A stretch of 64,000 bases of DNA from Epiperipatus broadwayi (Eukaryota > Animalia > Onychophora): contig JAQFVV010000001.1 in NCBI GenBank assembly GCA_028023455.1, positions 3,906,001 through 3,970,000 of the forward strand, given 5' to 3'. The position numbers and the translations under genes are program-made. Numbering within the stretch: position 1 is the first letter of the stretch; each line of letters begins with the position of its first letter. The notes beneath the pieces are model-generated. The model was not told where the DNA came from, ran no database searches, and saw nothing but the letters and a program-made list of their open reading frames with translations. Shown here one piece after another: positions 1 to 13,400 of this stretch.

Positions 1-894
1 AAAAATTACTTTAAACAACATTACAATATTTTAAATAATCCAATTAAAAATATTTGGCAAAACAAATAAATATTAGAGTCTTTTTCATGCTAAAGTTCAT
101 TTATGATCACAAACTCATTATTCTTAGCACATATAACTTTTTTCAATGAAAAATTGCTAGCAATATTACTTTTAAATGGTAAAAAATTCCTAGAGGTCAC
201 TGCTAGTATAAATTTTCAAATTCTGGATTCATGGCTTTGTTCACATTAGTAGTGAAATAATAATTTTTTTTTTAACAATTATGTACCAGAAAGCAAAAAT
301 TCATAGCCCATGTAATTTTATAAAAAAAAAAAGAAAGAAAATTATGCAAGAATCATCAAGGTTGCTGCAATATTATTAATGAAGTATTAAATAACAAAGA
401 AACAAATGAACTTTCACATTTATATACTGTATTCATTGTGGATGATGTCAAAATGGGTGCATCCAAATAGGTTGCATTTTAAAATTAAATTGTAGTTGTT
501 TTATATGGATAAATATTTTATGATGATGAAAACATGTGTGGGCAACAATCTGGTCCAAGTTATGAAGACAGATTCTTTTAGAAATGCATCATGAAGATGG
601 TCTTTATCCATATATTTTAAAAGAATATTAAATTTATGTTTTATCACATATATTACTGAAACTATTGATTTTTATTTTTTTATTGTAATTAAGCAAATAA
701 TCTTTTTTTTTTTAAGAATGACTGAATTTATTTCAATATCAAGCTTATATATTTTTATGAAAGTAAATAAGCAAATAGTTTATACTTTGTGGCTAATTAT
801 GAATCAAAATATATAAAATGTGCTAACACGCACAAGCACACAAAGCTAAAAACAAATAAAGAAAATATATATTATTTTAATATCTATTCATTAA

Positions 895-939
895 ATGGCT
901 AAGCGCTTTCAAGGTTCAAGATCTCATAATCATAGCCGT
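895..939 (-). ncRNA. Decayed minimal type I hammerhead ribozyme
   Basis: Minus strand ACGGCU-AUGAUUA-U-GAG(AUCUUGAAC)CUU-GAAA-GCGC-UU-AGCCAU. Stem I ACGGCU/AGCCAU has one mismatch, stem III AGCGCU is palindromic and GAAA is intact. The CUGAUGA core has two substitutions. Confidence 0.6.
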
Positions 940-995
940 ATTATAAAATATAATAAATTGACTCAGAGTGATGCAAATTTATGCAAATGAAATGA

Positions 996-1140
996 TTATG
1001 CATTCCATTTCTTGGATACTTTGTAGCAAGAGTCTTTTCTATTGATGGCCTTGCCATCTCTAGATATAAAGAAAGCTTTTATCTTTCTTTTTAGATCATG
1101 CCGCTCTCTGCATACCACCACTGGATTTCCCGGTTGACAA
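996..1140 (-). pseudogene. C-terminal fragment of PLE GIY-YIG endonuclease ORF
   Basis: ...NPVVVCRERHDLKRKIKAFFISRDGKAINRKDSCYKVSKKWNA* resembles the typical PLE ORF end (V..RE....RKIKEA..I......NRD.G..L...W), recognised from memory rather than by search. It lies just upstream of a hammerhead, as expected for a pLTR. Confidence 0.55.
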
Positions 1141-2249
1141 AAAATATATATATTTTCTTTATTTATTTTTAGCTTTGTATGCTTGTGCATGTTAGTGCAT
1201 TTTATATATTTTGGTGAAAGTAAATAATGATTTTCCAGTACTTTGGTATTAGTTCTGCTATGATGTATTACTCCAATGAAATTTTTATTTGGTAATATTT
1301 ATTCAAAGTTTATGTCATGATAATCTAATTTATGTCAGCAATTAAGATATATATGTAGTAACCTGTGATATTAAAAAAGGTGCTGCCTGTGAGATTTTGG
1401 GTTATTTACTGTCTTTTGTGCTATCATATTGTCCATGCTAACACCATAATCCCTTTCACAGAGATATTTTTTCCATTCTAGAACATATTACACATTTCAG
1501 TCCACCACAATGACTCTCATCATTTGTAAGTATTAATTTTTAATTTAAAAATACATTTCTAGTTAAACCGTTGTTTTATTTGTTTATGCTAAAAATTAGG
1601 CAATGTTAATTTTTTTTATTTTTTACAGCCAGAAATATTTGTTTTTCTTTTGATATACTTTTTAAAATATTACCTTAAAGTTACACTTCACTACTTTAAA
1701 GTTACAGTTCACCATTTTTTGTTTTAGATTGAACATGCATTTTATGATGGGCAAAGCATTGCAGTATGCAGAGAGGGGGAAGAATGTTTTTGTGACATGC
1801 AGTATCATCCAATAAATGCTCAAGTCATAAGTACCTGTTTATTTAATTTTTTAATGTCTTCTGCCTTTTTTTACATAATTAATTGAGATTGTACTTTCTG
1901 CCTTCTCATATGTAAATGTATATCTATATATATTTAGTTTAGTACTAATTTCATTAGCTTATGGTAGAATTTTACAAAAATATATTATCTTATTAAATCA
2001 ATTAAGTTTTTTTTATCTAACAAAAAAATCAGAATTTATTTAAGTTGATTATAATTCAAGATAAATTAGTGTCGTTTTTTAAAAAAAAACTTTTTTATTG
2101 TGTTTCTTGTAAAAAGGTGGATTGAGTGGAAATTAGAGAAGATTGCAATTAAACTTTATTGTTGAAACTCAAGTTAAAAAATAGATTTGTAATTAAAAAT
2201 ATTGTTAGGGTTTTATCACTTGTATGTTGTACTAATTAATCAAGAACGT

Positions 2250-3072
2250 TTTCTTAAATTAAAAATTCCTAAGAAAGAAAAGGATAGAAATTTAAATGAC
2301 AAAATTTGGCTAAAAATAAACCAAGGTGTGAATCCTGTTCGCAAATAAATTAATTAAAAAGTGCAGATTAGAGATGAAGAAAAGAGAAAAATGTATAAAT
2401 TGTGAAGTTTTCTTTTGTTAGATGATAAAAAATTTTTTTGATTGAAAATATTACTACACATCACTATGAAAATGTTCTGTGGCTAGGGAGAATCAAGGAT
2501 TTCCCTCCCATGAAAACCGTCATCCAGCCACATCTGGAATCTCCCAAGTGAATTCTATCTACAGAAACTATGAAGTGGATGGGTTCAGGAGTCAGAGGAT
2601 TTAAAGGATTTTCTCCAAAAGCTACGAACTAATGTCACCCATGGACTGTACCCTCATAATGAAAATTTAACAGCTGATCAACCAGGGGTAATTATAAACT
2701 GTTACTAAAATAAACTTTCATACTATAATCATTGTAATACTAACATAGACTCAGTCAATTGTGTTTGATGTATATCAAAAATTTCAACAATAGAGTATGG
2801 GATTATTTGAATAATATTTATCTTATTTTGACATAATTAGAAAGGAGATAGGTTTCTGTACTGTTTTCTATGTTTTTTATCTTTTTTTATACTCATCCAT
2901 CTGTAAATGTTAGTTTCCCAAATTCGAACTGCTCAATCATGGAAAGGCAAAAAGAGGGGGGAGGGTAAAGTCAGTTAACATTTTGGTCATAAGCAAAGAC
3001 AAAATACATATGCTGGAAAAGGTGTACATCAATGTAAAATCAATGGTCATAAGCAAACATACGACACGTATG
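2250..3072 (+). mobile_element. Heavily decayed gag-like retroelement sequence, interrupted by the LTR element
   Basis: Frame pieces WVQESEDLKDFLQKLRTNV (gag-like) and two GH-containing knuckle-like remnants (S*HFGHKQRQ, HQCKINGHKQ) near 2980-3065. Many stops. Confidence 0.3.
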
Positions 3073-6000
3073 TGTAACAGTAAGAATTATCCCTCCACGT
3101 AACAAAATCTAGAACACAGGCAAAATGCACTAAAGCTGATCAAATCCAGATAGTGGGATCCAGAATCTGACCAACATTCAATCCTTTCACCTCTGCTCAA
3201 TGATTTAATACCCTATGGATGACATTCTTCAATGTACATAGACCTTCAATTTAACCTCGGTCCGGCAGTCACTCAGCGTAAGCCAAAAGACTCGTAAATT
3301 AACTAATTGAGCATTGATTTCATCAGTTATACACACATAAAACTAAGTGGTTAATTAAAATATCAATGATTGATTATGGAATTTAATAGAAAAATCTACC
3401 TATAGATATAATGATGTATGTGCAATTAAATCTAGACTTGGATAAAATGAACTCACGGACAATAAAATATGAAAATGAGTTATAATTTTAAATATTATTA
3501 ATTTAATAAAACAATAACAAATAATAAATCAAAACATACAAAATTATATGATGGGAATGTGAGATATTACGCTCGTAGGCGTTAAATAACTAATGAGATT
3601 AATGTTATCTATCTCATTATAAGTGATTAATGTTAGCTATCTCATTATAAGTGTTTAATAAAGTATAGTGTGGTATTGGAGTTTATGCCTATATTAATAT
3701 GCCAAATTTCTAGATCTTTTGCAGCCTGCTGATCATACAGAACTTTACAGCCAAAGTTATATAACTAACTATAATAGCACTCCTATGGTGTCTATCTATA
3801 CAAAGTTAAATCGAGCATGTAATTAGGCTCAGAGATATGCAGGTTAGCATGTTAACCTAGATTAGGATATACACTAATACCAGATAAGCATTTAATATAA
3901 AAGGAGAGAAAACTGGTTTATAATAGTTTTACCTATATACTCTATGGCACATATTAAAATATTAATAAAGCTCAAAGGTGCGAATGGGTCATTATTCATG
4001 GGCTTCAGTCTCAAAGACTTGGTTTGCCCTAAAACCACTCAACTTGCCATGAATAGGAACATTAGTAGTTCAAGGAGTCGGATAAGCAATATGAATAATC
4101 TAGGTCCTTGTGCCCTGTTCTAAAAGTGTGTGCTTTACCCGAACTAAAGTGGATAAGAGTGACCTCCACCAACAACTCATCAATAATCATGCAGCAAGCA
4201 GATAATTGTACATTGCGTACTTTGTAAGGACACATCCACAACTTATATATATATATATAATGCAAATGCGCAAAATTATATTATCGTGCCTTAAAATTAG
4301 ATAGCGTCTATTTGCATATCTATACAATCCAGTTCTCAAATTTAGTATTTCAAATATACTATTTAGGGACTAAATTAATTAGTAACCTAGTTTAATATTA
4401 TCACCTGCATCTCAACATATATAAATCTAAGAAGGACAAAGCATATTTGCGGGGTAATTACAAATAAAACATTAAAATATGCTTTGAGAATATCTCTGTG
4501 GCTAGTTCCTATGATGTGCGAGTTAGTGCGAGTTACTTATATAAATAGTTATAATTCATAACTAGAATTAAGCAAACTACAATTTTAACTAGATAACTGA
4601 TTATTGTAATTTTAATACCCAAAACTTAATCAGTAAAATAATAATATGATCTCAAAACAGCGAGTGAGAAAGAAAAATAATAATTCAATTATTTAATATT
4701 TATTATAGTGAAGATTTGAAATTATCTTCGCAGATCGATAAGCTAAAATTATATTTATAAATACTTGCGGTTTCGAGTCATTTGGCATATTAAATACATA
4801 TAATATTAAAATGATAAAATCATAGAATAAATTGAATAGATTTAGAAATAGACATAAAAAGACCGCAGAAAATTATACATTTAGTTTAAAATAGATTAGA
4901 GTTTTACATTTTGACAGAGAATTCAGTATTATAAGTTTTACATTCAGACCAGATCTAAACATTAACATTTTATAGCTTTCTTTGTAGACTTTTAGAAAGG
5001 TGTTTGGAAAGGCAGATTTAATAAATAGCTAGCTTTTAAAAGAATCAAAAGTCACATTTTATAAACAGAGCTCTGAGAAAAAATTTACCATTCAGATGTT
5101 TTCATTGCAGTTAATTCTGAAGCACTTGGGAGGATATTAAGTTGACACTTTTGATGATGATTTAAGGTTAATAGAGATTTTCTATGGGCTGCTTTGTTGA
5201 TGTATGGCATTAGGTTTTATCAGACCAAAGTTCTTCTCCATCCCCGGTCAAGGAGAGGGGTGAGTTATTGCCGTTCTACTCAATCATTTTGAAGATAAAA
5301 CGGGCATAGGTTCTGCTTACAACTCACTTATTATATATATGATCTAATCTTGGTGACAAAACTTTTAGTATTTATACTTTTCAAACTCTGGCCATCTGTT
5401 AATTTTTACGAGCTTGTCTGTAGCTGAAAAATCCATTTATTTATTTTAGCAAAACGTATTTAATAGTTACAACTAGTAGAAAAACCCATTTGTTTATTTT
5501 AGAAAAACATTTTTAATTATGACAACTAATTGAGACTTTGTTTTCCTGTGTAATTTTGTTATTAACATTTTATATTTACCAAATCAAGTCCACGCTATTT
5601 TAGGACCAATGGGTGACCTACTTTAAGATCTGTTTACCAGTAACAAATAAAAGTTGTTTGATAATTAGTATAAACAAATTTTATAACCATACGTGAAGAA
5701 TAACAGGAAATATACATATGTGATTTCAATAATACAGCAATAAAATTGGCTAAATAATTTAACTAAATTATTTCTTAAACTAGAAATATTTTATAAAATG
5801 AATATACATATCTGTAATATATACCAATAACATAACAATAATTTAAACTAAAATATTTCTTAAATTAGAAATACTTACAAAATGGATACATATCTATAAT
5901 ATATATGTATACTATTAAACTACAGACATCATTTGCATATATATACATGATTCCACACACATAGTAATTTAACATTATTTAAATGGGTACTCTGAGAGGG

Positions 6001-6074
6001 TTTAAACCTGGCATACGGATAGATGTGTGGGTAAAATAAGTGAAATGGGCAGATGGATGAAACTGACCATTTCA
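3073..6074. repeat. Left LTR (3002 bp)
   Basis: Colinear with 13402-16645. It has a private ~29-bp tandem duplication (gattaatgtta.ctatctcattataagt x2, ~3596-3651) and a terminal hairpin at 6041-6074. Confidence 0.9.
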
Positions 6075-6551
6075 TATCCCCAAACTTACTTAAAAAAACA
6101 AATAAAAAAATGCCTTTACTTAATCTGAATTAGTAATGATCAATGATCAGATCTTGGTTTTCATCCAAATGACCAAATTTTAAAATTCTACTCCTGTCAT
6201 AACACATCTCAACATATCCCATGCCTTGCTTAGCTACTACTCTCACACTCCACCCCACAAAAAAAACATAAGAAATATAGATAGAGTAAAAAAAAACATT
6301 TCTTCCTAAACTAATAAGATAATGCAATTTTGTAAAAGAAAACTATATCTACAAAGTATAAAAAATAAAACAAATATACAAATGAAAATATATGGAGTTA
6401 GTAAACCCCCAAGGTTGGTTAGTTTAGTTTACAAAGGGAAAAGTTAGGGGTTTGATCCACGTACATCTTATGATTGTTTTAAGTAGGATCAGGGGGTTGA
6501 TTGATATCTGGTTTTAGCTTAGGAGGATGGTAAAATCCTACAACCATCATC

Positions 6552-8490
6552 TTACTTTTCAACACATTTTTTATCTTCCCACACCTTGTCTTTCAACACT
6601 GGGTCTTTTAAAACTCTGTCTTTCAACATCCTATCTTTCTGGCTTAGCTTTCTTCTTTTAACTTTTCTTTCTTCTATAGGCCCTAGTGTGACCCATTTAA
6701 CTTTAATCTTACAGTTTATCCTTCCTCCCACACTTGTTTTAGAACACTGATCTTCAAACCGCTTGTATAGGTTATGTTCTTGTTTCTGTTCCTTATTGTC
6801 TACTCTTATGACTGCTAACCTATCTACTTCACTATTACTGTCTACCTTTCCAAAATGATCTTCGCCTGGCTTAAAATTTTCTTTCCTGTCTACTTCCATG
6901 GGGGTATTTCGTGCATCTGCCTCTACAAGTTTTAATTTGTCCTGATGCATATTGTCATTGCCTTTCTTTATGTTGCTTTCCTTTACCTCTTTTCTCCCAA
7001 CTATCTTCCCATAACCTTTTCTATTTTCAAGCCCCTTGCCTATTCTTACATCTTGCTCCCTCAGTATTCCTAGCTCAGATGGACCTTTCTCAGTTTCTTT
7101 CTTTTCCTTAACTTCTTGGTGAAGCTCTATTTGTTCTACCATTTCACCTAGTAATTTGGCTTGAATTACTATCTCTGCCTTTTCTATTTCTTTTGTTGGA
7201 ATATATTCTACTTCAGTGATTATTTCTGAAAGCAGTTTTTCTCTTTCTTCAAGCATTTCTAACTCATCTTTTAATCTTTTTGTCCTACCACTTACAGCTT
7301 ACAGCTTTTCTGCTCTCCTTAAAGGCTCCCTAATCTCAGGTATGATGGGCACTATTTCTGCCTCACTTAATGAAATTAATTTAATAGTTTCCTTTCCCAT
7401 CCCAATGTCCTCTTTCTCATTAGCAATTTCCACCCCCAATCTCTCTAAAGCACTTGGCTCGACATTTTCTTCAATGGCTCCTAATTCAATCTTTTCCACT
7501 GGTATATTCATCTTTATGAATTCTCTTTCTGTAATTGACATTATCTGTGCCTCAATCTGTTCATCAGGCCCAGCTTCTCCTTCAGCAATTTTAAAAATTT
7601 CTCCTAGTTTTTCTGAAGGTGGGCACACAATTTCTATAGTTTCTCTTACAATCTCTATTTCTTCCTCCTTAGCCTCGACTTCTGTTTTGGCTTTCTTTGG
7701 TATATTTTTGGTTGTAAGTGGTACAGTTTTCATAACCTTCTCTAATTCAGCCATATTCTCTGGTTCTTCTGTTTTACCCCTTTCTTCTTTCATCGTACTA
7801 TTACTATCTGTGATATACTCGGCCAATTCAGTACCTTCTTTCCTTATCCTTATCCCTATCTCTTTCTTCATTACTTCTTGCTCACATGGACCTTTCTTGG
7901 TTTCTACTATACTCTGGTACATCTGATCCTCTGTAACCTCTTGCTTGTTCAACTCCTCTCTCCTATCTACATTATCCCTCTTTTTTTCTGATCCTTTCTA
8001 TCCTTTTCTTCTCGATCCTTTCTTTCCTTTTCTTTTTGATCCATTCTTTCCTTTTCTTTCTGATTCACTCTTCCCTTTCCTTTCCTTTTATTCTGATCTA
8101 TCTTTGGGGTATTTAAGACTGTATCTGCCTTTAACTCCCCTAAACTTTCTTGTTGCCCATTGCCTGCTCCTCTATCTTGGACCTCCAAGCTCCCCTGGAG
8201 TTTTGTCATCTTCTGCTGACTTTCTGCCAAACTCCTTTCCATTTCTGACTCCAGCCTTTGACCCATTGCCATTAGGCTCCATTTATTTTCTTGGCACATC
8301 ATTTTTAGGCTTGATTACATCTCTCTTCTGACTTCCTTGACTCTTCTCTCATGAGTTGATACTCTTCTATTATTCGGGAGAGCAGGGCAACCGCATCTGC
8401 ATCCATGACAGGTTGTAACATGATGAGGTTTTTGAAATATATGGGGCTTTCCCCATATCCTTCCTCCTTTATCTCCATACCAAGACCCAT
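6552..8490 (-). pseudogene. Disrupted ~640-codon Glu/Lys-rich, coiled-coil-like ORF inside the LTR element
   Basis: ORF-track pieces 8305-8490, 7967-8302, 7299-7952 and 6552-7256 join through two frameshifts (~8340, and the A-run at ~7981-7987) and two in-frame TAA codons. No CCHC, protease or RT motif. Confidence 0.6.
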
Positions 8491-10910
8491 TTCTTTTATT
8501 ATATGGTATCTATTAATCCTTCTATTATATTATGATTAAAAAGTTTTACAATATTTAATTACTATGGCTCCTCACCACTCTTCCCCTCCGGAAGTGGCTT
8601 TACCTATGGTCCCATTCTCTAATAGCCTCAGCCCACTCTAGCTTACTATTAACTTGCCCTATCTCCATAATAATACACAGTGTCATATTTAAACTCTAAA
8701 ACAATTTAGTTAAATTACAATAGTTATGCCCAATATGGTTATTCAATTTTCCTGTCTAACATATATATGGTTCATAAACTACATATTAGAAATTTGAAAA
8801 TATACGATATATAAAATTCATGAATCAATATTTAGTAAAATAAAATTAATTCTTACCAAGTGCCTGTTTCTTTCATAAATCAACTGCAATCATTTCTACT
8901 AATAAAAAAAAATTTATAGAGATTTATTATTGTTTTTATTATTATTATCATTATTACTATGCCAGTTTTAACTTTATTTGAGTACCCATACAATAATATA
9001 GTTTATTAATCTTGTTCAACTCATTTCATTGTCCGTAACCAACTCTTTAAAACATTATAAAAAAAATCATTGGACTTTCTCTATTATTATTATGCTTTTC
9101 TCACTCCTGATGACAACATTTATTAGGAGAGTCATCTAGTCTTCTTGGATGCCAGTCATCAGTGAGCAAGTAAAATTATGTGTATATACTGAAGCAGATG
9201 ATCTGATGCTCAGATCCTGCTTCACAGCCCACATCCAATCTTCTACCACCTAACTGTATTCAAACCCGTCTTTACGCACGTATATACATAGCTAATAATA
9301 TATATATTTCTTTTGGTTAATATTATAACAAATAATGTAAACACGTATGTATTTTAATTTAAAAATATTTTATTTCATAATAATATTCTCATGTGTATAC
9401 GGGCGTAAATAATAAATATCTATATATTTCAGTGTAGGAGATTGTGAATAAATTAATAGTTATATTATATATATATAAGGTATTACATATGAAACTTATT
9501 ATTTTTTTATATATAATTTTGGAGCCAGAAATGATGCAATCTTGTTAAGAAGTCTATGAAAAATAATTACCCGGAAGACCCCTTAGATTAAAGTAAAAGA
9601 TTACGAATTGGTAATAATAAAATAAACCCATTAGTGGAAATTGTCCATGCTAGCTTGTTTTAAAATCATAAGATTCATTTTAAAACAATCGTTCGAGAAA
9701 CTGATAACAAACTTGCATTGTTTCAAACATCTTACTAGATAAGAGTATCCAGTCAAACTATTCCAGAGAAACTTAAGTGCTTAAACCACCTCAGGTCCAG
9801 AGTAGTTGCTAAGTTACAGCTTCAAAATAAAAGTATATATACTGCTGGATTTGAATCCACAAAGGGGAGGAGACCATTAAATAACTATGTTGCTATACAT
9901 ATTCCACGCCAGTTTTAATTCTCACTCAATGTGTCGTTAGTAGGAAATTTTGCCTTGTCCCTCCATTCTAATATGCTGTTCCCATGAATGAAGCTCTGCA
10001 TCCCGTACTAATGAACTTTAGATATTTTTCCAGTGAAAGTGAAATGCTATCTCTCAAATAATAATGCTACCCTAGATCTAGTGAAACAATACCGATGGAC
10101 TGACTCCTAATGAAATCGTTCTTCCAAATAAGCAAGGTAAAAGAACTTTGACCACTTATAATTATTAAATCCTGCCTTCTCTGTAATATTTATATTTTAA
10201 TTACCTATTTTAAATGCCTTCAAAATACATATTCTTATAACTCTATATAACTAATCTATATTAAGCCTCCTATAAAATGTTTTTCCTTTTCTTTTAATTC
10301 CAAGCGGCAAATAATTTTCATTTACATTTATGTATTTATATTTTAAAATAAATGCCAATAGTATTCTAAAATTGCCAGCATATAATTCATTTTTGTTTTC
10401 CCACCCATCATTTACTGGGTAAATAATTTATAATTTGATCAAAACAAGTCTTATTCGACTTGCCCAGGTGCTCGCGATTTTAGATAAATAAACTAATTAT
10501 ATTTTTCATGTTTACTGTAGAAAAACAGATTTGACGTCTGTTTTTCACATTCTCCTTCCTAAATAATGCGCTATCTTTTATTCTTAAATTATATTATGTA
10601 TGTAAAACCCATCTTAGCTATTACCACCATCCACTTATTTTGTAATCATTTATATATTTTCACAAGGGCATTGATTAACCAAAATTGAGATTTATTTAAT
10701 GTGTAAGAAATAATGAATAATATTAAGTAACATAATGCTAAAGGGAGGGGGATCTTAAGAGCTTAGTTTTATATTTAAGTATAATTATTCTCCACGTTTT
10801 GCTTAGTGAAGCCATATCATTACACCGAATATTTCATAATTTGTGGGCAATAAATATGTTTCGATAATCTTTAAATTTAGAATTATATTTATATTATATT
10901 ATTAAGCGTT

Positions 10911-11384
10911 TTGTGCATAAAGGCCACTTCGTTTTTATATATGTTCGTGCTTCTTTCTCATATGGAGGTAATCACACAGTCGAGCCCCATCGTCATTCTC
11001 AATGTCCTTGAACCAGGCTATAAAACCACCCTGGGGACATCCTTGGTCTTATGTGCATGCTTTATATGGGGATCGCTTTGGAAAATCCAGCCTGATAATG
11101 ACATTGCTGACCACTCTTCATCATCCATGATTTGCCTGTACTTCACTCCAGGGAATCTGGACTCTTTCGTTCATCAAACCGACCCTGCCTACGTTTACAG
11201 AGGAAATCGGTCCACTTCGTTATTAAAAATTCATGAAGCACACTCCAGAATCCATAATTGGACCGACCCAATCAGCCGCCATGCATGCACTGCCTTTCAG
11301 TGTCTTATTAGTCGCCCAGAAATATTCATAAGCCGTAATGAAATGATTTCTTTAAATGGACATATTTCCATTAGTTTAATATAA
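10911..11384 (+). CDS. Unassigned 157-codon open frame in a GC-richer island of the LTR element interior
   Basis: Longest non-low-complexity open frame in the interior. It has a TTG start and no recognisable domain, so it may be spurious. Confidence 0.2.
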   Translation: MCIKATSFLYMFVLLSHMEVITQSSPIVILNVLEPGYKTTLGTSLVLCACFIWGSLWKIQPDNDIADHSSSSMICLYFTPGNLDSFVHQTDPAYVYRGNRSTSLLKIHEAHSRIHNWTDPISRHACTAFQCLISRPEIFISRNEMISLNGHISISLI

Positions 11385-13104
11385 GTATTAATGTGATAGA
11401 TTTAGTATCGTTTATATAATTATTCATTACCCATCCTGCGCATTAATTATCTATAACTCAAATTAATCATAATATTGAATGTAACCAAATGTAATATCTG
11501 CTTGTAAAATTACTGTTGTTTAAATTAAGTAAATGCTCTTTTCGTCTCTGGGTGTGTAATAGTATTCCAACAATGTATTCTAATAGCGCTAATTCATTAA
11601 ATCACATATATATATATATTATTGGCATAGCCGCAATTATAATGTTATCGTTAAATATGAATAAAACACATATATATAATACTCATGAGGCTAACATCGG
11701 CTAAATAACCTGACATAATTTTGTTATTAATAAATCTTAAATATATATATCAAACTCGAACCATTGCTTTCTTTTAGTTAAGTTAAAATATTAAGTTATT
11801 ACTTATGCTCAAATTTGACTAGATGATCTCTGCTCAATACATAATTAATATACTAGGTCATGAGCCTTCATTGCTCATAAAATATAGCTAGTTATTAAGT
11901 TATTCTATCATATAAGTTTAGCCTAGAGTCTTTTTGTGTCTTCGATGATTGATGCCGGCGGGTGAGAAGTAAATTAATCGATGTTATCAGTTTTGTTGTT
12001 TATAATGTTATAGATCTGGGAAATAGGCAAATAGGGCAGAATTCATAAATGTTTCTGACCTGTGTATCTTGCGCACGATTGGATTCGAGATACTTTTGCC
12101 TAGATGCTAGATCTTGTTACGTGAACATACAATCCGACCGGCACAATACATCATATTTTTTTTTTTTAAAATTTCAATTGTTTTTCAGACCACACTAATA
12201 ACAATGAAGTATTTCACTTCCATGGCCCTATGCGTATATATCAACTCTGTGCCAGCAAAAGAGAACAAAAAAAATTCATTAGACCTCTCCAGTATATGCC
12301 AATAAAAATTTACTCTACATATATATAGTATGGGAGAAAATTATTTTCTATGCACATATTATTTTATAATTTCAACCTTTGATGAATGAGATTTGCGATT
12401 TGACAAAGTTTGACAAGAGTGAAACCAAAAAAAAAAAACATTTTTATTAGTACATGATTTATCCCATGTCAATATATTATAAAGATACTTATATCCAAAT
12501 TATGGCATATACAAAAAAAAAGATCTGGAAAAATTTCATATATATAGTTACTGACATAGAGTGTGAAGATATAAACCAACTCAGTGCATAAAGTAAATTG
12601 ACGTATTCTCATTAAGTATTCAAACCTGGACAAAAATTCTACATGCATTATGAGGTCAATCTATACATATAATTCAACACACACATATACGCATATTCAG
12701 TGTATGAACTAGATCGAGAAACTCATGCTTGGATATCTAGAATCCGATTAAAATTATACTACATATAAAAAAAAACTTTTATATATATTTTACAATAACA
12801 AACAACAAAAAAAAACTTTTCCCTTTTATTTTTTTCTCTAAACCGAAATTATCATTTATGATATATGGGTGTTTACATTATCGAAACCCATTCGGTCATG
12901 TTAAAACTCAAGGGAAAAAATCATATATATCTCGAGAAAACAACATTTTTAGCACACATATATAAATCTCCACTTCCCTTCTTTTCTTTCTGCCCACATG
13001 CATTCAATTAGTGGTCTTGTAAAACAATTAATGAAATCTCACATCTAGGTGTCTATAATCCGAGAGAAAAAATTGTACACATATATATTTCTTCCACATA
13101 TATT

Positions 13105-13400
13105 CGGTTCAGGGCTGTGGGCAATAATCAACAATGCCTCATGTATGGGAGTCCAGAACCTAGGAAGAAAAAAATTCACATACATATATATAGCCAACGT
13201 GCTTTCAGTTCAGGGCTGTGTGAAAGTAATCAAATAGACTCATGTTTGGGTGGCCAGAACCCAGGAAAAAAAATTTTACATATGCATTTTCTTTTTTTCG
13301 CCCAAGCATGCCAAGATTCATTTATGGTTTGTTCAGGGTCATGTAAATACGTAACAAAGCCCCATGTCTGGGTGATCAGAACCCAGGCAAAAGAAAACCT
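13105..13400. repeat. Three degenerate ~100-125-bp tandem units abutting the right LTR
   Basis: Motifs gttcaggg (~13107, ~13208, ~13331) and catgt.tggg....cagaacc.agg recur in each unit. Confidence 0.65.

Larger units (their letters stand above)
805..1213 (-). mobile_element. 5'-truncated Penelope-like element (PLE) with inverted terminal arm (foldback, family D)
   Basis: ~70-bp inverted arms at 805-877 and 1141-1213 (caaaatatataaaatgtgctaacacgcacaagc... vs ...gcttgtgcatgttagtgcattttatatattttg). The interior minus strand carries a PLE-like ORF end followed by a decayed hammerhead. No clear TSD. Confidence 0.7.

Noticed and set aside
1225-1830. Apparent short-intron host gene (YFGISSAMMYYSNEIF, sugar-transporter-like; IEHAFYDGQSIAVCREGEECFC)
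   Set aside because: I could not build a consistent stop-free splice model. Part of the region is a foldback element, and substitutions in the paralogous 38-mer favour the opposite strand.
6041-6074. LTR terminal hairpin as a hammerhead or Helitron end
   Set aside because: It has no CUGANGA or stem II and no CTRR terminus. The TG...CA ends and 4-bp TSD fit an LTR.
6911-8331. Plus-strand ORFs 6911-7111, 7216-7926, 7945-8331
   Set aside because: They are S/F/L-rich antisense shadows of the purine-rich minus-strand ORF.
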